Notes under the pieces: model-generated
What the model was told of the DNA's origin: nothing
What the model saw: the letters and a program-made list of their open reading frames with translations, nothing else
The model's database searches: none
Shown here: positions 54,215 through 64,000 of the stretch, piece after piece
Position numbering within the stretch: position 1 is the stretch's first letter
How the letters are laid out: the number at the start of each line of letters is the position of its first letter
Origin: Octopus vulgaris
Lineage: Eukaryota
Direction of reading: 5' to 3'
DNA length: 64,000 nt
Assembly: GCA_951406725.2 (NCBI GenBank)
Contig: OX597824.1
Location: 55,242,001 to 55,306,000 of the forward strand
Made by a program: the position numbers and the translations under genes

Positions 54215-55471
54215 ATGCAGTGCAGATTTTTCCGTCCAGTGTCGTTGTTTAGATTAATCCAAACGTTTTCTCCACACAGTTTCACTTCTCTCCGAATTTC
54301 CGCACCTGGGAGTACTCTGCAACGTGTGAATTACCAGTCGACTGAAGTTGAAAAGAAACTTTTTACACCAGGTCCTCTATGCACCACATCGACAGTGCGT
54401 GAAGCTATGTTAAAAGATCTAGGTTCGCGAGACATTCAATTCATCCAATGTGTAAGAAATATTCGACAGAAAATTCTGGACATCGCACAAGTAAGCAATC
54501 TTGAATATACGTCAATACCACTCCAAGGCAGCGGAACTTACGCTGTCGAAGCAGTCTTTCAATCAACAGTTCCTCGGAGTGATGGTAAAGTTCTGATCTT
54601 AGAAAACGGTGCCTACGGTAAACGTATCGCAAAAATCTGTGAAGTCGCAGGTATTTCAAAACGTGTACTGAGCTTCCCTGAAAGCTCTGCTGTAAATGTT
54701 AGTGTTGTTGAAGATGTTTTGAAAGATGATCCCTCATTTACTCATGTCGCTATTGTTCACTGTGAAACAAGTTCTGGAGTTTTCAACCCGATTGTGGATG
54801 TCGGGCAGATCGTCAAAAAATACCTTCAGAATTGTATTTATTTTGTGGATGCAATGAGTAGTTTTGGTGCAGTTCCGCTTGATTTCGCCGCCGGTGACAT
54901 TGACTTCATGGTCAGCTCAGCAAACAAATGTTTACAAGGTGTTCCTGGTTTCTCTTACGTAGTTGCAAAGACTAGAAAGTTATTAGAATGCCGTGGATAT
55001 TCTCGCTGTCTTACTTTGGATCTTTATGATCAATATCAAAACTTAGAAGCGACAGGCCAGTTTCGATTTACTCCGCCAACACATACGATGCTGGCATTTC
55101 AGCAAGCTATCGTGGAATATGAAAAAGAAGGTGGCTTGAAAGGAAGGTCAGCTAGATATATGGAAAATCGATCTATTTTGGGAAAAGGTATGAAAACACT
55201 TGGTTTCAAAGAGTTACTGACAGATCCAAATCAGGCAAATTATATTATAACTTCATTTTTCTTTCCCAGCGATCCACATTTTGATTTTAATACATTCTAC
55301 AGCAAATTAAACGATTTAGATTTTGTAATATACCCTGGCAAAGTATTGGAAGCGAACTGCTTTCGAATTGGAACAATTGGTGAGGTTTACCCCTCTGATG
55401 TTAAGGAGTTATTAAAAGCTATCAAAACGGTTTGCCTCGAAATGAATATTACACTCCCTTTGGACGATTAA
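54215..55471 (+). CDS. phnW: 2-aminoethylphosphonate-pyruvate transaminase (AEPT, PLP-dependent class V), single exon, putative mitochondrial presequence
   Basis: Intact 418-aa ORF from the first ATG (ccaacATG): LFTPGP, DLGSRD, QGSGTYAVE, NGAYGKR, VHCETSSG, VDAMSSFG, SSANKCLQGVPG (PLP Lys), LDLYDQ, QFRFTPPTH, VIYPGK, FRIGTIG. Confidence 0.93.
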   Translation: MQCRFFRPVSLFRLIQTFSPHSFTSLRISAPGSTLQRVNYQSTEVEKKLFTPGPLCTTSTVREAMLKDLGSRDIQFIQCVRNIRQKILDIAQVSNLEYTSIPLQGSGTYAVEAVFQSTVPRSDGKVLILENGAYGKRIAKICEVAGISKRVLSFPESSAVNVSVVEDVLKDDPSFTHVAIVHCETSSGVFNPIVDVGQIVKKYLQNCIYFVDAMSSFGAVPLDFAAGDIDFMVSSANKCLQGVPGFSYVVAKTRKLLECRGYSRCLTLDLYDQYQNLEATGQFRFTPPTHTMLAFQQAIVEYEKEGGLKGRSARYMENRSILGKGMKTLGFKELLTDPNQANYIITSFFFPSDPHFDFNTFYSKLNDLDFVIYPGKVLEANCFRIGTIGEVYPSDVKELLKAIKTVCLEMNITLPLDD

Positions 55472-55807
55472 TTTCAAACTATTTAGATAAAAACTTTGTT
55501 ACTTTATATCTATTTTCATATCTAATTTTACATTATTGGCGTTGAGGGTGCTAAGTTTTCTAATCATGAGCTTTGTGTGTGTGTGTGTGTTTGCGATTGC
55601 GCTGGTGTTTATCAGTCGCTGTTATATTTCTCTAATAAGTATCTTGATTTGAGGGTGTATGCTGAAATGTAAGCGTTTACACCTTGGATGAGCAATTTCA
55701 ACGCTCTGCAAAATGCAATATTTTCATTTCATTTATTGCTTCTGGTGTCAGTACATCGTTATATTGCGACCTGATCACCAAACACAGTTCCACAGTATAT
55801 ATATATA

Positions 55808-56095
55808 TATATAATATAATTCGAGACAAAACCACTATTTTAAAACCAAACAAGGAAAGACTTAATCAATACATAAAATTTTAATATAAATTAAATAAAC
55901 CACCACTACAATTGTAATCAGTATCAAAATTTGATACTGATTAGAAGATCGAAAATCCACCAGAAGATTGTCGGTAGCAGACATGAAACAATTGTAGTGG
56001 CGGTTTATTTAATTTATATTAAAATTTTATGTATTGATTAAGTCTTTCCTTGTTTGGTTTTAAAATAGTGGTTTTGTCTCGAATTATATTATATA
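55808..56095. repeat. Inverted repeat (~107-bp arms) with nested hairpin 55915-55943
   Basis: tataattcgagacaaaacc...ctacaattgt versus acaattgtag...gtctcgaattata. Confidence 0.88.
55957..56000 (+). ncRNA. Minimal type I HHR motif (U4A variant)
   Basis: ccac-CAGAAGA-tTGTCggtagcaGACAt-GAAA-CAATTG-TA-gtgg. Confidence 0.65.
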
Positions 56096-56173
56096 ATATT
56101 TTACTATAAAATTGGATTTAACCCTAAATCTGATTTTTCCCTGTAATTTTGGATTCATTCCCTAATATTATAT

Positions 56174-56215
<42 letters not shown>

Positions 56216-56494
56216 GTGTGTATGTATGTATATATATAATCAACTACAAAAACGGAGGGAAAAAAGAAAGAAAAGGGAAATAAATATTCGGTCGTATTAA
56301 TGTTAATTGTTGAAATTATTTTGTTTTTTCTTTTTACTGTTGCAGTGATATGCATTTGTTTTATGTACACTATGCATATTGGTGCCTCCCTGAGTAAGCT
56401 AAACTTCCTATTCTCTTTCCTTAGATTTCGCACTTTGCCTGTTATAATTTTATACTGATGTTGACTAAATTATGATATTCTTACCTGGTTAAAA

Positions 56495-56895
56495 GGATCT
56501 TTTCGGTTTGAAGGGCAGTTTTTAACATAATTTCTAGGTAACTAAAAATTTTAAAACTTCGTATACTGGTAGAATGTATTTATAAAACATCTTTTTCTTT
56601 TGGCTTTATTGAGAAAATTCTATAGTTTGTAAGATATTTGTTTTTTTTTCTGCAATTTCAACCAATCACTGACGTCTATTGAGGTAAAAAACATTCTGTG
56701 CCGTATGAATATGTCCCTCGTTTAAGAAACAGATTGGGTTTATTTACATTTGTGAAAAAAAGATACCCTCCCCCACTCCTAACACTAACCCTAAAACAGA
56801 TTGAAACGCAATAGATCAATACTAGGGTCATAATTATGGGTGACAATTTCATATGACACCGCTAGAAAAAACTACCATTCAAACCAAAAAGATCC
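56495..56895. mobile_element. MITE with GG termini and 8-bp TSD (Merlin-like)
   Basis: TIR ggatcttttcggtttgaagggcagttttt / aaaaactaccattcaaaccaaaaagatcc; flanks ggttaaaa / ggttaaat. Confidence 0.7.
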
Positions 56896-57174
56896 GGTTA
56901 AATTATCTAAATACTAGTTAAATATTGCTAGGTAGTGAGTCTCACTTGAATTTAAATGCCTTGTGCCTTGATGATATTGGCTCATCAGAACATTTGGATG
57001 GGGTTAAAGCAAAGTTCGTGAACGAGGAACTCAGGAATAGGGCAGTGTCTTTGAATGAAAAGTTCTAAAATATGCATGATTTTTTGTAGCTTAGAAATGG
57101 AAGGACAGCATCCATTATCCTTTCCTGAGACTCTGGGATTAATATCTTTTCTATTTGTTAAATCTGGGGGAAGG

Positions 57175-57491
57175 TTGTAAAAACTAACACTTCCTCTCTT
57201 TGAGCTTAGATTTGAAACCGAATCTAAAGATTCTTGCTTGTCTGATCCACCACTAACCAAACAGGTGCGAAAGAAATTTCTCTTTCCTGTCAAAAAATGA
57301 TGGATTGGTTCCCTTTGACCTCTGACCTCAGCTATGTCAGGTGAAGTTCAAATGGAAACGATCCATCATTTTTTGACAGGACAAAGAAATTTCTTTCGCG
57401 CCTGTTTGGTCAGTGGTGGATCAGACGAATGAGAATCCTTAAATTCGGTTTCAAATCTAAGCTTGGAGAGAGGAAGTGTTAGTTTTTACAA
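57175..57491. mobile_element. Foldback/MITE-like imperfect palindrome
   Basis: ttgtaaaaactaacacttcctctc... versus ...gagaggaagtgttagtttttacaa; pairing continues almost to the centre (~57333). Confidence 0.75.
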
Positions 57492-57499
57492 GGCCCATG

Positions 57500-58010
57500 G
57501 CTTTTGCGGGCCCTCTTAGATTGGTAAGATTGATGTAATTAGTGTTTCTCTTGAACCTTTGTAAGTTGTCATCTGTGGAAAAGACATAAGACTGGAAAGA
57601 ATTCCAGAGCATTGATGTTCTGGGAAGGAAGGACTAAGCATGGTGGTTATTGTGAAGATTGGTCACAACATGGATGATGAGAGGAGAGACAAGTAGAAAA
57701 ATAATATCTGAGTGGAGATGTCATAAGCTCTATCAGTTCCAAGAAGCTGAGGTCATTATAGTAGCTTTTTATAGTAGATAAGGTAGAGAGAGAAGTGTAC
57801 CTGTAGGCCAGAGGCTGGTGTCTGTCTGTGAGTAACTATGCCAATCAATTGGGCAACTCTTCTCTGGATGTTTGTGTATGAAGTTATTCTCAGACCAGAG
57901 ATCCAGACCAACTGCTTCCTCCAATAAAGTAGACACAAGTGACAGTGCTAACTTAGACAATGGGCTAACTCTACTACCTAATAACTGGAATGATTACCCT
58001 GACAGGTTTT
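57500..58010 (-). mobile_element. Old LINE ORF2 C-terminal relic (CR1/Jockey-like)
   Basis: Minus strand SFLPRTSMLWNL resembles the LINE C-terminal SFFPRT..LWN motif. Confidence 0.35.
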
Positions 58011-58288
58011 CACACATTTTTCATCTACCATATTTCACTCACAAAGCTATGGTAGAAGACACATGCTGCACAATTGGATTGAGCCAGAACGTATGTGGCT
58101 TCAAGGTGAGCTTCTTAACTATACAACTATGACTGCACCCATTTTGCCTAACTGAACTATTACTACATCACTGTTAAATGGATCTGAAATTATAGATCCA
58201 TTCAGATTGTCTACAAATGAGAAATATAGAAATTAACTTGGAAATCTTTTTTTTATGCTTTTTGCTTTGCATCTTTATAGATATATTT

Positions 58289-61200
58289 CATCATCATCAT
58301 CATCGTTTAACATCTGCTTTCCATGCTAGCATGGGTTGGACGATTTTGACTGAAGGCAGGTGAACCAGATGGCTGCACCTGGCTCCAATCTTGATCTGAC
58401 AGAGTTTCTACAGCTGGATGCCCTTCATAACACCAACCACTGTAGTGTAGTGGGTGCTTTTTACGTGCCACCAGCATGGGGGCCAGTCAGGTGGTACTGG
58501 CAATGACCTTGCTCAAATCTTTTTACACATGTCACCGGCACAGGAGCCAGTAAGGTGATGCTGGTAATGATCAAGCTCGAATGGTACCCTTGTACGTACC
58601 ACCGGCATGGAAGCCAGTTAGCCACTCTGGCAACAATCACGCTTGGATGATGCTCTCTGGCAATGATCACGCTCGGATGGTGCTCTTGGCACCCTACTAG
58701 CATGGGCACAAGTGCCAGTAAGGTGACGCTGGTAACGATCACACTTGAATGGTGCCTTTTATGTGCCACTGGCACGGAAGCCGGTTAGCCGCTCTGTCAA
58801 TGATCACACTAGTATGGTGCTCTTTGCACCCCGCTAGCCTGGAAACCAGTCATCGAATTTGATTTTGATTTCACTTGCCTCAATAGGTCTTCACAAGCAG
58901 AGTTCAGTATCCAAAGAAGGAAAAGGTACGCATAAGTGGGCTGGTTACGCTCCTGGCATAGGCCATGGGTTATGGTTTCATTTGGCTTGACGGGTCTTCT
59001 TAAGCACAGTATATTTCCAAAAGTCTCGGTCACTAGTCATTTCCTTGGTGAGGCCTAAAGTTCGAAGGTCGTGCTTCACCACTTCATCCCAGGTCTTCCT
59101 GGGTCTACCTCTTCTACAGGTTCCCTCAACTGCAAGGGTGAGGAACTTTTTCACACAGCTATCCTCATCCATTCTCGCCATATGACCATACCAGCGCAGT
59201 CGTCTCTCTTGCACACTACATCTGACGCTTTTAGGTCCAACATTTCTCTCAAGGTACTTACACTCTGTCAAGTATGCACACTGACATTACACATTCATCA
59301 GACCATACAGGCTTCATTCCTTGCGAGCTAACGCATGTCCTCAGCAGTCACACCCCATGTTTCACTGCCACGTAGCATGGCTGTTCATACACAAGCATCA
59401 TACAGTCTACCTTTTACTCTGAGAGAGAGGCCCTTTGTCACCAGCAGAGGTAAGAGCTCTCTGAACTTTGCCCAAACTATTCTTATTCTAGCAGCTACAC
59501 TTTCAGAGCACCCTCCCCTGCTACTGACTTGGTCACCTAGGTAACGGAAGCTATCAACTACTTCTAGTTTTTCTCCTGGGATGCGGCGGAAGTTGTTCTC
59601 TGCGAATTTTCAGTGTTTATTGCTCCCGAGCATCTGCCACATACAAAAACTATCTTCCCCGTTAGCCTTCCTTTGATATTGCTGCACCTCTTATATAGCT
59701 TACACTGGGTACATCTTATAGAGTTTCTACCTACGCCTCTACTACAGATTGGGCAGGGCCATCTACCTGAAGGGATTTGTGGTTTGCCTACCTTCCTACT
59801 TATTAGGACTTTGGTTTTAGCTAGGTTGATTCTAATCCTTGTTTCCACACTTGAAACTTCTCCTCTAGTTCTGATAGTGACTCAGCAATTAGAGCAAGGT
59901 AATCTTGAATTCCTCTGTTATTGTCTGGAGGACTATGATAAATAGGAGGGGGCTGAGGACTGAACCTTGGTGGACCCCTACCTCCACCCTGAATTCTTCA
60001 GTGTACTCATTGCCAACCCTCACCTTACTTACAGCATCCCTGTACATGGCTTGCACAGCTCTCACTAACCATTCATCTATCCCTAGTTTCCTCATTGACC
60101 ACCAGATAAGGGATCGGGGGACCCTGTCAAAGGCTTTCTCCATGTCAACGAAAGCCAGGTGTAGGGGCTTAACTTTGGCTAGGTATTTCTCCTGCAGCTG
60201 TCTTACCAGAAATATGGCATCAGTGATGCTTTTCCCTGGCACAAAACCAAACGGACTCTGTCCCTAATCAGTTGGGCTATGATCCTCTCCGTAAACTTCA
60301 TTACCTGATCCAACAGCTTGATACCTCTGTAATTATTTGTATCTAAAGCATCACCTTTACCTTTGTAGCAGTTGACTATTATGCTGCTACACTAGTCATT
60401 AGCAAATTTTTTCTTATCTGCTTCCCCTCTGGCTAAATAAACCTGCCTCCTAGTTTTCCTTCTGGCAGTCTGATACACTTCTCTGCTACCACTGTTCTTC
60501 CAGTCTTTCTAAGCCTGTTTCTTTTGTCTAATAGCCCTGTCAACAACATTGTTCCACCACCACGTTATTTTGGGTCGAGAGGGAACTTTGCACCATCCAC
60601 AGATCTGGTCGGTGGCCCATAGCAGGTTGTCCCATAGGAACCTCCAGTTGTCTTCTACACCATGTGAAGCTATATCCCCTTCTATTTCTTCAAAGGCTTT
60701 GAATCTCTGCCCATTTGCAGGATCTTTAAGTCTCCAGACCCTTCTTCTTGCTGGTCGTCTTCTGGGCATCCATTTAGCCCTGATCCTGAAGTCACTAACT
60801 ACCAGTCTATGTTGTGGGGTACATTCTTCACCTGGGAAGGTTTTGGCATTTATAAGCAGCTATCTTTCCCTTTTCCTGGTGAGGATGTAGTCAGTCTCAC
60901 TAGTGTGTCTGCCAGAGCGGTAGGTAACTAGGTGACTTGCAGGTTTTCTGAAGTTAGTATTGCAAACCATAAGATCATTTGTGTCACAGAACTCCAGCAG
61001 CCTGGTTCCCTCCTCATTGCGAGAGCCAAAACCATAGCCTCCATGTATGCCATGGAAGCCCACTGAATGTTGGCCAACATGTCCATTGAAGTCACCATCC
61101 ACAAAGAGAAGGTCCCTGTCATTCGTCAACATGGTAGTCTGCAAGAGGGTGTCATAGAATCAGTCTTTCTGTCCACCGGGTAGCCCTGGTTGAGGGGCAT

Positions 61201-61620
61201 AGGCTGAGATAATGGTTGCTAACCCATGATAGAGCACTAATCTAATCCTAAGTATTCTGTCGCATACTCTGACTACCTCAATTACCTTATCTACCCATTT
61301 CTCCGCAAGAAGTATACCCACACACCCAACCCCGCCAGTGTTCCCTGCCCAGAAAATCTTGCACCTGTGTTCTTTGCCTGTGCGGAACCTAGCAGAACCT
61401 CCTCTCCACCTTACTTCTTGGATGCAGCACATATAAACACATCTCCGTTCAAGCATCTCAACGATCTCACCAGACTTACCTTTCAGTATGCCAACATTGA
61501 GAGTGCCAACCCTGAGGGTGTGGGAGGTATGGGCCCTAGAGACCCTGGGACGGGGGACAGTGGCGTCTTGTACCTGAAAAGAGAGCTCGCATTTGGCAGA
61601 ATTCATAAGCAAACAATAGT
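58289..61620 (-). mobile_element. Near full-length degenerate RTE LINE with repeat-rich 3' UTR and (GAT)n tail
   Basis: RVGTLNVG, CCIQEVRWRG, SAYAPQ, GDFNGH, DYIL, FVDMEKAFDRVPR, GVHQGSVLSP, RLRWYGH, RGRPRKTW. Confidence 0.9.
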
Positions 61621-62859
61621 CTTAAGTTCAATTTGCGTACACTATACTATCATATTTTGCACTGTATGATCACTACCTTATATAGTAGGGGTGGGGATGG
61701 CATAAGGCCTTTAAAGGTGTTCATGGGAGACAACCAAAGGATGACAAAATAAGGACTTCCAGTACATGTGGAGGGGGTGGGAGGGTGGGCGAACCATGAA
61801 CTAGCAAACATGGGCGAGTGCTAGGAATTAAGAGAGACAGACAGGGTGAAGGCTGATAGATGGATGGATAGATAGAAACATAGTGAGCCAGAGAGGGGCG
61901 GGTCACGACATGCAGGAGGAATGGTTTCGGGATTGAGTGGCATAGTTAATTAATGAGACAGCAGATGTTGATAATAGTAAATAGAATTGGAGAAAGATAA
62001 AATTAGAGACGAATGACTGTGTGATTAACTTTCATAGATGAGTGAAAGTATATGTTGCAGATTAAGGAAATGCGCGAGCTAAGGTTATCTTAGACATCAA
62101 CAAGTAAGACGAAACTATAGAACTATATTTACGTGATGGCATGGTGCTGAAATAGGCAGAATAGAGAGAAAATAATAATAAGGGTTTATGATGATACGCG
62201 CAGAAATACGATGGAAGGTAGGTAACAAGTTGAACGGTTAAAATCTCTTATCTGAAATTTTGCATCCTCTGGGATTCATATTTTACAGCCTAGATGTCAT
62301 AGCTTAAATATAGGTACACACATACACATTGCACACACACACATTTAGAAAGAGAGATGTAAGGAATATCTCATAGTCATGTGGCTGATGTATCTTAGCT
62401 TGCACAAGTTTGTGCCAATTAGTATACATTTGCTAGTCTGGCAACTGTTAAAAAATTATTAATTTCCTATTACATCAACACATAGAACTTCCTTGTTACT
62501 AATGTGTTCAGACAAGAAGACTATGTTTTAAATATAAAAATATACTTCAGTTACCATGTGTATTCTGGTTTTAAAATTGGTACACTGCATATTGTAAGAA
62601 ACAACTAGAAGTGTTAATGATGGAATGGTTTCTGTCTATAAAATTTCTTTAAGCACTTTAAGAAATTTCTGTTCTCCATTAGCTTCGGTAGATATTCAAT
62701 TTCATGTTATGTATCTCTGCTAATGTTGTGTAGTGGTCTTCATCCATGTTTATTCTAACAACATTGGTAATTTGTTCCAAGTCAATGTAGAATTCAGGAT
62801 TTAGAATCTCTTTTGAGCTATTTATCTAGAATCATATAAAAACTCATTTCTGTAACTCC

Positions 62860-63500
62860 TCTTTTGACACTGAAAGATTATCTATTGGATTTCAACCATA
62901 ACCCATCTACTAGGCTGATTAACTCAACAAAATCAAATATAGGTAGACTTAGCAAATGTATATTAGATAGAATACTATTGAAGCTCAGAGAAGTTGCCTC
63001 TTTAGCCATATTGAGTAATTCCATTTTAGTGGCAGACTGTTTCAAAGGTATCCTTAATAAGGTATGTACAAAATTCATTCAATTAATAATTATTATACCT
63101 CCATTACATTACCTCTATTTCTTACGACTAAAACTATAAATGATATTAGCGGTTCCAAGGTCATGTGATTATTCCTGCTGACAAAACTCATGTTATAATA
63201 TTTCTATTTGAATAAAATAAAATTCACAAATACCCCTTTTGATGGGTGTGAACAATTTGACCAAAATCGCTGACCTTATTGGCCTATTTATTCTGTTCTC
63301 CCAATTTAGGAACAAATTGTATTGGGATGGTGGCTATTGCAACCCCTGGGCTTATAGATAAATTTTAAAAGGACCTCATTGGCCTCTTCAAAGGCCTTAA
63401 TCTGTTCATTACATAAAACACAAATCTATCTATAGCAGAAGTTTGCAAAATTCTAATATTATTAATCCCCTTCATGGAAACATTGATAATTTTTTGATAG
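62860..63500 (+). mobile_element. Decayed PLE RT fragment
   Basis: TLKDY..FNHNPSTRLINSTKSNIGRLSK.ILD, KFIQL, ADLIGLFIL. Confidence 0.6.
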
Positions 63501-64000
63501 CCATCATGTACATTTCTAAAATATAATGGAGATTAATATTGGCTTATTTTAGTTTAGAAGTCTATGAGCATTGTTTGGCTTTGGATAATTGTATCATCTT
63601 GGAAACATTTTTGTATTTTGTTATATTTTCACTCTAAATCTCCCAAATAGAAAAAACTGCATTTTAATAAAAAATTTCTTGATTTCAAAACAATCATTCT
63701 TTCATGTCATTACTGCTTTTTGATAAATATTTGGAAAAATTTAATGAAATTAATAAAGAACAATAAAAATGCATTCATACAGATGTAGTCAGAATATTTA
63801 ACATGAGATGAACACTAGTTATTGCATTGATACTTGTCTGGAAATTATATTACGCTAATAATCAATTCATTTTGTTTATCTCCTTTGTTAAAAGTGAATT
63901 TGCATAACTAAAACCTACTTCAACCATGGAAATGTTAGTAAAAAGGGCCCGACTTGCACTAAGCTCAGGGTGTTTACTTTTTGTATATTGCTCTAATAAT

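Overview
AT-rich, repeat-saturated eukaryotic (animal) genomic DNA. The (TA)n/(CA)n microsatellites, tRNA-derived SINEs and RTE LINEs with (GAT)n tails look like an octopus/cephalopod genome, which is an inference. The only convincing host gene is an intronless 2-aminoethylphosphonate-pyruvate transaminase (PhnW/AEPT-like, 54215-55471) with a mitochondrial-presequence-like N-terminus. The rest is transposon debris: several Penelope-like elements (PLEs), RTE, L1/Tx1 and R4-like non-LTR elements, a Chapaev3-like DNA transposon, non-autonomous Helitrons, MITEs/foldbacks and SINEs. Two signals stand out. (1) About a dozen minimal type I hammerhead ribozyme (HHR) motifs from about seven unrelated repeat families, sitting in tandem or inverted repeats; they include a retrozyme-like 362-bp tandem unit with an unusual CUGCAUUGA core. 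(2) A three-level nest in which an L1/Tx1 LINE sits exactly on the predicted initiator of a solo LTR (TG..CA, 5-bp TSD), which itself interrupts a PLE. All calls were made by eye, so coordinates of decayed elements are approximate.
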